Assembly (NCBI GenBank): GCA_012295275.1
Contig: CM022669.1
Span: 11,842,001 to 11,906,000, forward strand
DNA: 64,000 nucleotides
Direction: 5' to 3'
DNA from: Chrysomallon squamiferum
Lineage: Eukaryota > Animalia > Mollusca
The notes under the pieces were generated by a model. That model was not told the DNA's origin, searched no databases, and worked only from the letters and a program-made list of their open reading frames with translations. Of this stretch, positions 13,401-26,542 are shown in pieces (position 1 is the stretch's first letter; each line of letters begins with the position of its first letter). The position numbers were made by a program, and so were the translations under genes.

Positions 13401-13731
13401 TTGTTTTATAGGAAGAATGAAACGCCCTCTTGATGAGCAAGATGAAGATGAAAGCATGATCAAACGACAGAGGGGAGAAGGTCCAAAGGTGGAACTAAGA
13501 ATCCTCCTTCAGAGCAAGGTACATGCACATGAATATTTTATGGGTTTTTATTGACTGATAGCATTTTGAAAGTAACTGTTGTGTTACATGCTAATTTGTC
13601 TTTGTTACTGGAAAAGTTAATTAATTAATTAATCATATTGTATTTAATCAGTTTGGCATTTTCCCGCTGTTATTTTAAAATGTTGATTCTTTGGGTAGAT
13701 CTGTTTATTGTTATTACTTAAAATAGATAGC

Positions 13732-13772
<41 letters not shown>

Positions 13773-16749
13773 GTACTGAGTGAGATGTGATCAATTTGAT
13801 GTTTTCATACCAAAGTACAAGGACCAGTCCTAAAACATTTTACATACATCATATAAAGGGTTTGAAGAAACTCACATTACTATATTTAATATTGATAGTT
13901 GTGTTTTTTATACCAGTTTTGCTAAAAGACATTGACACTGATACAAAGCAAAATACACCCACCAATACTGACATGTTTTTTCACATATAAATAGGTTTTG
14001 CTGACAGCAGCTAACCTTACATTGTATTGATGTTTTCATTTTGTTTTATTGAAATACTATCTCGCTGATGTTTTCCTGGATGACGATCATTTTCTTGTGA
14101 CTAACTATCATTCATGAAACAATGAAAACAGATTTATTTTGAAATAAAAATGCAAACAAATGTAAAGTTAATTTTCATCTCGGTATACGTAATTTAATAA
14201 TTTTATACAGAATGCCTGTAAGAGGTTTTTTGTTTTCGAGCTTCAGTGATACTCAAGACATTGAAATTGGAAGCTTCTTGTTAATGCTGATAAATGTGGC
14301 TTCGTTCTTTCTCCTGTGTGTTCTAATTTTTCAAATTAATATTTCATAATCCCAACTTGTTATTAATAGTACAATGAAGTTCATTATTAATGTATATGGT
14401 TATCAGTCATTGTTTACTTTAACCACAGTTGCATTCGGTTGTTCACATTTAATTACTTGACCTTTCTACTTAATTTAAAATATTGAAAATTTTAATTTAT
14501 TATTATTTTTTTGGTAAAAAAAATCATTCATTGTTCAAAGTGACAGATTCCATAAGCATCATCCGAGTTGTAATATATCACATTTGGAACAAAACAATGG
14601 TAATCACCACAGAGCTTCAGCAGGCTAGAGGAAAACAAAAAAAACAAAAGGGGTAAAAAAAAAAAAAGATTAATGTTTTGATATTTGCATTGGATCATTC
14701 ATTGATTCAGTGATTAAAGACTGCAATATTACTTTGCTACATGTAATAGCCACCTGATGATGCCGTGTACATCAGACACTTTGACATCAGGGAATAATGG
14801 AAAATAATTGGCCTCAAGTTTCCATGGACACCACTAGTAGCAGCACTGGCTATTATTCCTGCAATCTTTTTGAAGATGGTAGCCTTTTATAAAGCTCATC
14901 TTTGGCCTATATGCTTTCACAGAAAGTTTCGTTTCAGTGGTGCTAATGAAAATTATAAGCTGATCACATCACCTTTTAGCATTCTCACAATGTCCATAAT
15001 GTTGAGAACCTTACAAACAAATACAAGATCAAATAAAAAAAAATAAAAAAAGTAATTTTACCTGAGCTAGTAATGAAATGAAAAAGCTCATTTCAGTGAG
15101 GAATTAAAACTTGAATATGGCAAATTGATTTACCTTGGTTAATGGAAAAAAATTGTTCTAAGAAACAGACAGAAGTCTGGCTTTCTTTGTTGCTGTAATA
15201 CCAAGTCCATTACTAGCCTGATCTTGAATGAACCTTTATTGAAAATGGCTGCTTAAGACTAGAAAAACGGGCAAAGGGATTGTTGTCAAGTACAATTGTT
15301 TCCGCTAGATTCTTTCACATATTGATCTAAACTAAAGCAGCAGGAAGTCCAAAATAAGCTGGCACATCAGGCAATACATGATTCAGAACTGCTTTTATTC
15401 CTGGTTTCCTTTCTACTTGGGGACAAATAATTTAAAAAATCCGTCCAGTTGCAACAAATCTTGTTTTAATTACGGAGCTTTTCAAATATTCATGATACAG
15501 TTCAGAATAAATCATTTCCCATAGTTTAAATTTTGTCTTATCTGGTGTTTGAGTAACATGCCTTTTGTGCATTATTTAGTAAACAGAACCTTTCTCTTAA
15601 GCTTGTTTCGTATTATTAATAAAATAGTATTTTATTGCTTAATTAAAAGAAAAAGAAAAGAACACAGAATAAAAATTACAAACACCCACAATTGTCGCAT
15701 ATAGAAATACCTATTTGTTTTTTTACACGACCAATTAAACAATGTTTGTTTTTCTCTTTTATTAGAATGCTGGAGCCATTATTGGCAAGGGAGGTAGCAA
15801 CATCAAACGTTTAAGAAGCGACGTAAGTACACTAACAACTCAGTGGGGGGTTCCTCTAAGCAGCTCTAGTGGGTTGGGGTGGGTAGTGTAACTTCTCAGA
15901 AGAATCGAAACATTACTTTTCCTTCATTGATAATTTGGATTATAGTGATGTAAATATATTTGCTGGTATTGAGAATGCCAAGTAATGTTTTTATATCATA
16001 GATATCCATTATCTTGTCAGATAGGCATTGATTGTTATTAATCAACTGCTGTTCCAGATGTCATTAAATCTTCTTTTAGTTTTACACATAATGGGGTCCA
16101 TAGATTAATGAGTTAAATTAATATCTTGTTCATTACCCCAATCAGATTTCAGATGTCATAACATTTTTCTTCTAGTTAAATTTGACATCCCATTTATTTA
16201 CAAGTCCATAAATCTTGAACTTCAGTTAAATTTAAAAGAAAACGTTTCTATAACGAGGTTAATTTATTTTCCATTATTACATTTAAATAAAAAAAGAAAA
16301 AATAATAATAATAAAAGACAGAAAAAGAAAGTACCTTGTAAATTTTGCATAATTATAATTCTAATAATTCTGCATTGCCTTTGGTTAATGATATTTGCTT
16401 TTGTTTTCCCAGAAGCCTATAGGTAACAAGTTAGCTATGATATTTGTTGCCATGCCCATGTCATTTTTTTTAATGCCAGAAGATAACTCATGTTGTTGTT
16501 ATTATCCTTCCAATGATCGCCCCCTCTCTCGCCCAACAAAACAATGGTATTGACCCTGCCCTTGATCTTGGTGAATGTCCTTGACCCTGGAACGTACGTC
16601 TGCCCTCGCCCGCCCACGCCTTCCCATGATGCAGTACAAAGCCAGTGTCACAGTTCCTGATAGCGACGGCCCGGAACGGTATGCACCCTGTGTTACATTG
16701 AATCCTTTTTCCATTTCAATTCAGTGTCCCACTTTTTACTTCAGTGGCA

Positions 16750-16786
<37 letters not shown>

Positions 16787-16791
16787 TAAAA

Positions 16792-16844
<53 letters not shown>

Positions 16845-19800
16845 TGACAAATGTTAGAAAAAGAACTCTTAAATGCTAGTTCTTAATGAATCCAACTGTG
16901 GTCCATAATTTTTCTTGCCATTTTTCATAACCCAAACAGAAGAGTAATAAAAGAAAGTAGAAATGCTTTGGCCAGTAAAAAAATTAAAAATTAAAAACGT
17001 TAATATTTCTTAATGAACAAGCTTTGTTAACAAATTGGCTGCTTCGTTTGTTTTAATTCCAAAAAAAAAAAAAATAATAAAACATTTAAAAGAAGAAAGA
17101 ATAATAATTTGAACATTTACTTTATTGTAGGAAGTAATGTTAAAAAAGCTTTTGTCCCCCAAAATGCTACACTTGTGGACCATAGTGGTTACATGTTTCA
17201 AAAAATTCTTGCTGTTTTCTGTTCCATAGCATCCATAACAACAGGTCTTTCTGTAGAGACTGTTCTTACAAGGATACATAATGTTTTGATTTATTTCCAT
17301 TTTTTTATTTTGTTCAGACTGGAGGTCGGGGCTATTTTAGAGTTCATGCATGTATAGTTTTTGTTTAAAAAGGATCAATTTAAAAAAAAAAATTAAATAA
17401 TTATATTCATTGTTTCATTAATATTTTTTTTCTTATTTTTCATAATCTTTTTAACTTACATTTCTTATTATTTTCTTTTATTATTATTATCATTTTCTTA
17501 TTTCTAAGTGTTATTCTATTATTATTTATTTAATTTAATTTTATTATTATTATTTATTTATTAATATATTAAAAAAAAATTATTTGATCGATTAGTAAAG
17601 TACAACAAATGGCAGTAAAACATACCACTATTAACACAATTTGCTTTAATTATAATATCTTTATTGTTATTTTATATACTTTTTTTTTTTCCTTCTTTTT
17701 TTAATTTTTTTTTTTTGTGTCTATGTTTTATGTCCTTAGGTGGGTTAGAACTTGCACTGTTATCCCTGTCATAACTGTTCCACTCTTCTTTGGGCAAATC
17801 TTATTCTGACAGTCTCTAAATATTTTTGAAATAAATCTATTCCAGAGATCTGACATAATACACAATTCAGTAAGGTATTTGTTTTGAATTCTGAATTTCA
17901 AAATAAAATGTTGTCGGGCAGTTCTGAAAGGTATTCAGATGCCTTTGACATGCCAGAAATTGTAGTAAATTAAACTGATAGCTCTGGATGCTATGGGAAA
18001 CCTGTTGATGTTAAGGATGCTTTTGGAAATGTGTTGATATGATTAAGAATGCTGAGGGAGGTTAGAATGGATATTAAGGCACATGAGTGTAGCAGTGTAA
18101 TGTTGGTGGTTCTTGCGTATTCTCAGCTAACAATATGCACTCATTTAAACGCTTGGTTCTTACATTTAAATATTAATATTTGCTTTTTTTGTGGTTTCTT
18201 TGGAGATTTGTTAGAAATTACTTTTTTAAATATCACTGTTGATATAGAAATCAGTAACTTGTAATTTGTTTGCAACGATTTGAAATTCTATTTTTAAAAG
18301 TTACTTTGTGTTAACAAAATTTTGATTTTGATTTTAAAAAAGTAAATGATTCATTTCACATTTGGTGTAGTGTTTGTTTAATAAATAAAGATTATAACGC
18401 ATTCTGTTTAATTTTTGAATTAAGACAGCTTTATTTTGTTTTCCAATTTTATCTTTATCTTTATGTTGTAAACTGTGTCAGTTACTGGAATATGTTTTGT
18501 TTCATTTTATTCAAACAAAAATTTCAGGATTCTGACAATAGCTACAGACCTTGGGACTGTACTTGAAGTTTTGTTGGAGGTCATTCCTATGTTGGAAGAT
18601 GTGAGTCTTTAAATAAGAATTATTATTATAATACTAATGATGTATCTACAAAAAGAAAAATATACATAAATAAATAAATCAATTAATTAACAGTGTTGCA
18701 TTATCTGATTGATGTTAACGATAAAATAAGAAATTCTGTTGCTGTTGTGTTTTTTAATTTATCTAAAACTAGTTCTTTCTCATTGAAACAATAACATCAA
18801 ACTGTAGGGAAAAGACTGGATTTCAATAAATGTTTAAGTGGAATGGAATGGAAAAAAATTAACATGCTAATCAGAGCAAGCTGTTGTGAAGCACATCTGC
18901 AACAGGCTCGCTTTCTGACAGGTCAGCGGGGGCATGCCCGTCGCAAATGTTTAAATAAAATAGCCTGTATATATATATATTTTAGACTAATCCTCAGTCT
19001 TACTAGTACTTTTTTCATTTCTATCTTTATAATTATGAAATCAAGGAAATGGAACTGTCTATCATCAGAAAAATCATAGTCTGTTGGGAGTTTTTAAACA
19101 GAGCCTGAAAATAATGATTTGGAAATACCGTGTATATATTTATGTTGTCTGTTCATACCATTCTAAATCTGTGATCAAACTTTATTAATTTTTTTTTAAA
19201 TATAATTTGCTATATATACTTTATCATCTAAATAATTATTATTGTTATCACTTTGTTTAAAAAAGAATTTAAGATTTGTAAAGCTGTGAATAATTAGAAT
19301 TATTCTATGTTATTGTAACTTTATTTAACAGTATAAACACAATGATGATCTTGACTTTGAGTGTGAACTGAGGATGCTGGTGCATCAAAGTCAGGCTGGA
19401 TGTATAATAGGCCGAGCTGGATTCAAGATAAAGGAACTCAGAGAAGTAAGCAATGCATCTGAAAATGGTTTTCTTTTTATTGTTCAAATAATTATTAGAT
19501 AAATTTAAAAAATAATAATAAAAGTAACATAATTGATATTTTCATATTTAAAATGCTTTTCGTGTATTATAATATCAGTAGCAAATTTAATCTGGCTGTA
19601 TATCATTAGTTAGAACATTATTCTTGTTTGTGATGAGTCATATGAGTTGTCCCTCTCACTTTTCCAGCCATGGTGTCCCAAGACTAACCTTTATAGATTG
19701 TAACATTCCTTTTTTTATTTATTTATATTCTTATCAGTGTTTTTCATAAATTATCGTCCATACATAATTAATCGAAACTCACTTTCTGAACCATAATGAT

Positions 19801-22800
19801 ATTCTTGTAACGTACAATAGTTTAGAAAAGGATTTCTCATCTTGTATTGTGACTGTGTTGTATTTATTCATGTTTTGTGTTTTCAGAAAACCGGTGCTAA
19901 CATCCGAGTGTTTTCTCAGTGTTGTCCTCACTCGACAGATCGTATTGTTCTCATCCAGGCCAAGCCCAGAGTAGCAGTAGGTTGTGTTGAGGAAATCTTT
20001 GAACTTCTTCAGACAGTAAGTTGATTTTTTTGAAGAAAAAAAATAAAATAAAATAAAATAAAAATTCTGAATTAAATAAACGAATTGTAGAGATTTAGCA
20101 ACTGGGGTGCAGATAGTGTAAATCTCTTAAGTTACCAAGGCAGGCAGGTACAGAGAACATAAAATAATAATATGCTTAGCTGCCGTTTTGTTTCCTGTAC
20201 AATCATTAGTGACGCTAAGCAAACAAAGCGTAGCGTTAGAAGAATGCGAAATAAATATTTAATTGATACACAACGCCACCCAATTTACCACAGCAGGAAT
20301 TTTGCAAATGGTGTTTAATAATGCATACATCTATAGAAAATGTATAAAATAGAAATCGCCATGTTCATTGAATTTCCACCATAAAACTGATGACAGACTA
20401 TTTTCTGCAAACGTGTACAGAAAAATAGAAATAACATTGAACGAACCAGTGGTTAACAACAAAGCAAAATATCGATGTGACAGTGAGCTTTTTCACATTT
20501 CTATGTGAGGTCTTTTTTTTTTTTTTATTATTATTATTATTTTTTTTTTTATTATTATTTTTTTTTTTTTTTTTGGTATACTGTATATTGGAAATAGCCA
20601 ATTATATATATATAAATTTAAACAACAACACACATATATAACTTAAAAATTCATTATTAAAGATAAAAAGAAAATATTGATTGGTAATGTGAAATTCTGT
20701 GTGTATATATATATATTTTTTTATTCAGGCACCACCAAAAGGACCACAGCAGCCTTACGATCCCAACAACTTTGATGTTTACTATGCACAAGAATACGGT
20801 GGATTCACACCTGCAGAAGGTGGACGCAGGGGATCTGGAAACCCTAGGGGCTCTTCGGGTCGAGGTGGATATGGAATGCGGGGTGGAGGACGGTAAGCAG
20901 AGCTAGTTTTATCTTTCGAAAGTTTTTTTGTCGTTCTTGTTATCGTTTATTTATTTATTTATTTAATTTTTTAATCTGATTAGTCAGTGAGATTTCAGTT
21001 TCAGATTGTTGTAATGTATTAGCTGAATCTAAATACCCATATTCTGTAATTTAAACATAAAAAGTATGATAATGATAACGCCAGTGAAATCATGAAACAT
21101 AAACAAATAACTGCTCTTATTCTCTTGTCATATAAAAATAAGAAAAATGTTCTCATTCCCAGTTTTAACAGTGAATTTTTAAGTTACTGAATACTCCAGT
21201 TTTCTGTCTACGTTTTTTTTTTTTAAAAAGATTACTTATTATTTTGTTTTTCAGACGAGATGACTTTGGGATGGGGATGGGTATGGGAGGCCGCAGTGGA
21301 ATGAGAGGTGGCCGGGGAGGAATGGGTGGAATGGGGGGTCTGGGCGGTATGAGGTCTGGTGGAGGGATGGGGGGAGGCATGGGAGGAGGAGGAATTGGCT
21401 TTGGTGGACGAAGTGGTGGTGGAGGAGGAGGAGGAGGCATGGGTATGGGAGGAATGAGGTGAGTTGGTTTATCATACTGGACGAATAATAAAATACAAAT
21501 TGATGTAATTCATTAATGAATTACATTGCTAGTAATGTTACGTATAAATAATTATAGTAAAATATTAATGAGATCATGCTTAATAAGCTTGATAATTTGG
21601 TTGAAAAAATGGAGATATGTTCATTAGTAATGTGCAGATTTAATTTAATATAAATCGAGAAACAAAATATTATTTTAGGTCATTTTTAATGCTTCAGCTG
21701 TTTTCTGTTTGTTTCGAAAAATATAATTTTTTTTTTCCTTTTTCTGTTTCAATTTTGTAACATTAATATTTTTCAGAATGAACAGTGGTGGAATGGGAAG
21801 AAACCAAGGTAAGAGATAAAATAATCTTTAAATAAAACGCACATATTTATACTTTGTTTTATTGTATGTTTTAAAATATGGTTTTCTGTTTCTTTCTGGG
21901 TTTCTTTTTTTTTTTTTTTTTGAATTACTATAATAAAATACAGTTATTACATTTGTTCTATGATGATGTTTATTTATGTTGTTTCTCTTTCTGCAGGTAT
22001 GGGAGGAGGTTTTGGACAGATGGGAGGTATGCAGGACTTTGGGGATGACATGGTGAGTGAGACACTATATCTGTCACCTGTCAAAATCAATAAAACAAGG
22101 AAGAATTAATTTATATAGATCTGAATGACCCATCAGCCTTTGTGCCTAACAACTGTCATTTGATGGGGTTTTTAAACATAATATAAAAACAATAATAATA
22201 ATAATTTAAAATCTGTCTATTTCTTAAATAAATCTTTTTGAAAGGTATTATAATTAATATAATTAATTATGCTTTGGGAAAGCATGTATGATATCAAAAA
22301 AAGATTTATAAACATTTATTTATTATACTATTTATTTATTTTCAGGGAGGAATGGACCAGGGTATGATGTTTGGAAAAGATGATGATGATGAAATGGACT
22401 CAACTCAAGTTACCATTCCAAAAGATGTGAGAAATCCAGCCTACTTTTGAATAGTTTTCTGTCTTTGTTTTATTTACCCTTAATAACTTTTTAAAATTAA
22501 AATATATTTGTTGTAAACTGTTTGGCTTATCAGCTTTTACATTCAGTTTAAAATACAAATTAAAAGAAATTTTAAAAATCATCAATTTAATCAAAAATAT
22601 TAACACATGTATAAAAATGCAGATATGAACATAGTCATACATGCACGAGCCCACACACACAAACACATGCAGACACCCTTAGATGCTTATTAGTGCTTAT
22701 TTATATCGTTTATATTTAAGTTTATATTTTCATAATAAAAGAAAATCAAGAGTTAACCCATTCTACTTCTTTACATACAAATACGAACATGTTGTTAGTG

Positions 22801-23280
22801 AATGTTTGTTCATCGTAGTGAAATGTTGTTTATTCTTCAGTTGGCCGGTGCTATCATTGGGAAAGGTGGAAGTCGAATAACAGAAATCCGGAGACAGTCG
22901 AATGCCCAGATTGTGATAGATGAGCCACTGCCAGGCTCCAACGACCGAATCATCACAATAACAGGGACACAGCAGCAGATACAGAACGCTCAGTATTTGC
23001 TACAGATGAGGTGAGGGATTACTCCATTCTGTCGTTTGCCTTGTTTGCTTAGATAGTTGTTACGTAAAGGGCACTTACTTTTATCATTTATTGTAATGGT
23101 AAATGATTTAGTAAGGCAAAAGGTAACGCAGATTTTTTTTTTTTTTGGATTTTATATTTTTAAAATTGTTAGTGGTAGCTTAAAAAGTATTATTCTATAA
23201 ACAAATATCAGTTTTTTATTTTTTTATTATTATTATTTTTTTTTAAATTAATTTTTAGTTTTTATATATAATTTATAATT

Positions 23281-23323
<43 letters not shown>

Positions 23324-25616
23324 ATGTTTGGCACGCCTGAGCACTGAGTGATGGGTATTAACAGTAAAGAATGAAACATGCATGTTTTGGGGATATATTT
23401 TTTCCTTGATCCTTCATCTAACAACAATATAATCCATATAATCGTTCCTTTCTTTCTACCTAACATTATATATAACATGAACTTGATAACATAAAACAAA
23501 TGCAAGATTGCTGCTTGAACTTAAAGGAGGCAAACTTTCTGCTTTCTGCTCAGCTAGATATATATTAAAAATAGATAAATTAGATAATTATCTATGCTGG
23601 TATAAATAAAAATTTTAAAAATAAAAAAATGGAAATATATTTTTATATATATAATATGATAAAAAGGAAAAGGAATATTAAAAAGATGCTAAATTTCAAA
23701 ACAATTCTCTGCTAATCTTCATCATATTTTTATTATATTTTGGTTTCATTACTTTTTTTGTTTGTTTGTTTGTTAGTTAGCTAAATAAAAAAAAGTTAAA
23801 TGATGGCTTACAGTATGCAGTTAAAATGTGGATCAACTAATTGTAAAAACTGATCAGATAAACAGAAATTATCTATTGTGTTTGCAGCATTGGTTTCTTG
23901 GTTTAAGTGGATGGTGTATTTTACTAGTATAGGCCAGAAAGTTTTGTTTGACTGAAGTTGCTAGGTGTGAATTGTAAAGCTGGTATAGGTGAAGTTTGCT
24001 TGTCGAATAGTGTAGCTGCATTCAGATAGAAAGTTTTGGGCTAAAGCATGCATAGGTTACTTTCAGATTAATTGTGTTTGACCTTAATACAGTTTGAGTT
24101 GGAGATACACATACAAAAATATACAACACCTAAATATGCCATATAAATACCATACCAACAAAAAACAAACTCACTCATACAAATACACACACACACACAC
24201 ATGCACACACATGCAAACATACACATAAACACATACATACATGCACACAAACACACCCAAGCAGACATTGATATCCACATGCACACACTAACATACGGAG
24301 CATGTAGAAGGTAATGGTTACATCTTTGCATTATTTCCACCATATATACTCCTCTAACCCGCTGACTATTATTAGCTAACTGGTGATGGATTGCTTACAT
24401 TTATTAACCTTTCAGCTCCGGTCTGGAAGACTAGTGATTTTGTTGTTTTTGTGTTTGTTTAACAATGAATCACATTCTTCCATGACAGGGGCTGAGTCTA
24501 ACAGCTTTCAGCACTTCTCTCCTCGCTAACATTTAACTTGGACTGGTCTCGTTGCTTCTCCTATAATGCTAGCTCAACTTTTGCCTGTTTTAATAGCAGT
24601 TTCTTGTAGGTTCTTTCTAATAGCAATTTTTTTTTTATGCTGAGGTGTCACTAAATATTCGTACTTTGAGTCAGTACTTCATTTACTAGAAATCTTGGTC
24701 ATGGTATCTTGCTTTCTCTCTCAGCATTTTGATTGTAAGAATGAAAATGTGATCATAGCCTGGTGAATTAATAATTAACATTGAATAGTGATATGTTTGA
24801 TATAACCAAAGATAGCATAATATAACTGAAGTTTTAAATATAATCTTTTTTATTTTTTTTTTACATTTATAATTCTTCAGTGGAGAATTGACCTTTTATT
24901 ATTTATTTATTTTATAAATATATACTGAGTTTATTAAAAAAACATATATATATATCTTTTAAGGTTTTCGTTATATTTGGTTAGGGTTTGGTTGCAGTTG
25001 AGTAATTTTCAAGTGTGAACCATCATGGATCAATTCTATTGTGATTAGTTTGTGGTGTAGTTACTGTTCTCAGTTTTATCTTCTATACTGGAAAAGTATG
25101 AGGAATTCATTTGTTTGTTTATACTTTGATGTCAGCTCGAATTGCAAAGCACTCTAGAAGAAAAATTTCAACAACTTTTCATTTTATTTGTCAACTGAAC
25201 TGGTGCACAAATTTTAAAAGAAATTGGGGGATAGTCATTCTTTAAAAAAAAAAAAAAAAAGTCACATTCTGTTTAAATCTGAAATGAGTGAAAACATAGA
25301 GTTAAGATATTGTGATTATATTAAAGCATGTCCTTCAATTTCAGAGTAGTTTAGAACTTAATAAATGAAAACATTTTGATTTGCAGTTTTCCACGAAATA
25401 ATTACAAACCAGAAAAAGAATAAAACTATATATTTAGATATAAGAATAAATTTATTATTCCATTAAATTCTTCAATTATGGTTTAAGAAACCTAAAAACA
25501 AAACTAATTAGGTGTTGTCATATTTTTTTAATTTTTGTGGGCTGGTTCATTTTAAATGTTTTTGTGTTATTTTTCTCTGTTTGTCATTGTTATGTTTATT
25601 CTGTTATTGCCATTAT

Positions 25617-25648
<32 letters not shown>

Positions 25649-25649
25649 C

Positions 25650-25691
<42 letters not shown>

Positions 25692-26492
25692 GTGATTATT
25701 ATTTGAAATATCACTGAAAATGTAAAATATCCGCTCAATGTTACGCCGTACATGTTTGTTATTTTTCATGTGACCAGACTGAAGGGACTCGCCAAATATT
25801 GATTGATGATGGTGAGTATAGACAGTGGTAATGTTGTTACACACCTAACATCTTCATTCGGTCACTGTACTATTCTGTATATATCCAACCTAGTGCAGAC
25901 ACTTCTGTGCTATCCACAAACTCAGAACTGCATTCTACATAAAACACAAGTCATAAAAATAAAATAAAATTAAAATTAAGAAAATGAAAACTAGCACATA
26001 CAGTAACAAATGTTATACACCGTTCGTAAAATTTTGACTATAATTTCTGTTCTAAATTTTAACTAAACGTTGATTAGTATTTTTTATTACTTTTTTTTAA
26101 TTATTATTTATATAAATATTTTTTAATTTATTTATTATTTTTATTATTCAGTTTAAGTGAATAACCATTTAGAGAATCTAATCTTTTTGATGGTAGGATG
26201 GGGAAAGAGGGATACAGTCATTTAAAATCTTCCTCAGTTATTTATTGTTTTTTGTTTAAATGAACCAGCCTACAAAAATTATTAGTTTACAAGTATATTT
26301 TCTGTTTCAGAATAAAAATTGATTATATTTCACCAGACTTAAATATAAATAATTTGATCAGTTTTGAATACATCTACGAAAACATTTAATCTTTAGAGTG
26401 GGAATTTTTTGGGAGGGGGGAGTCAGCAGACAGAAATAGTAGAAATACATAATTATTATTTATTTTATCTTTTTATTATTTATTTATTTATT

Positions 26493-26542
<50 letters not shown>

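Noticed and set aside
16570-16600. Apparent degenerate copy of the 44-nt exon end (CCTGGAACGTACG)
   Set aside because: There is no upstream AG in the AG-free zone and the similarity is too short to call a duplicated exon.
17300-17356. Strong acceptor plus TGCATG in hnRNP K intron 4
   Set aside because: No convincing donor giving a sensible exon.
21165-21475. Proline-rich minus-strand ORFs
   Set aside because: Antisense shadow of the Gly-rich hnRNP K exon 9.
25770-25945. Hammerhead ribozyme or H/ACA snoRNA reading of the structured island
   Set aside because: The core is CTGAAGG without the CUGANGA/GAAA pair, and there is no clear H box or correctly spaced pocket. The cassette-exon reading fits better.
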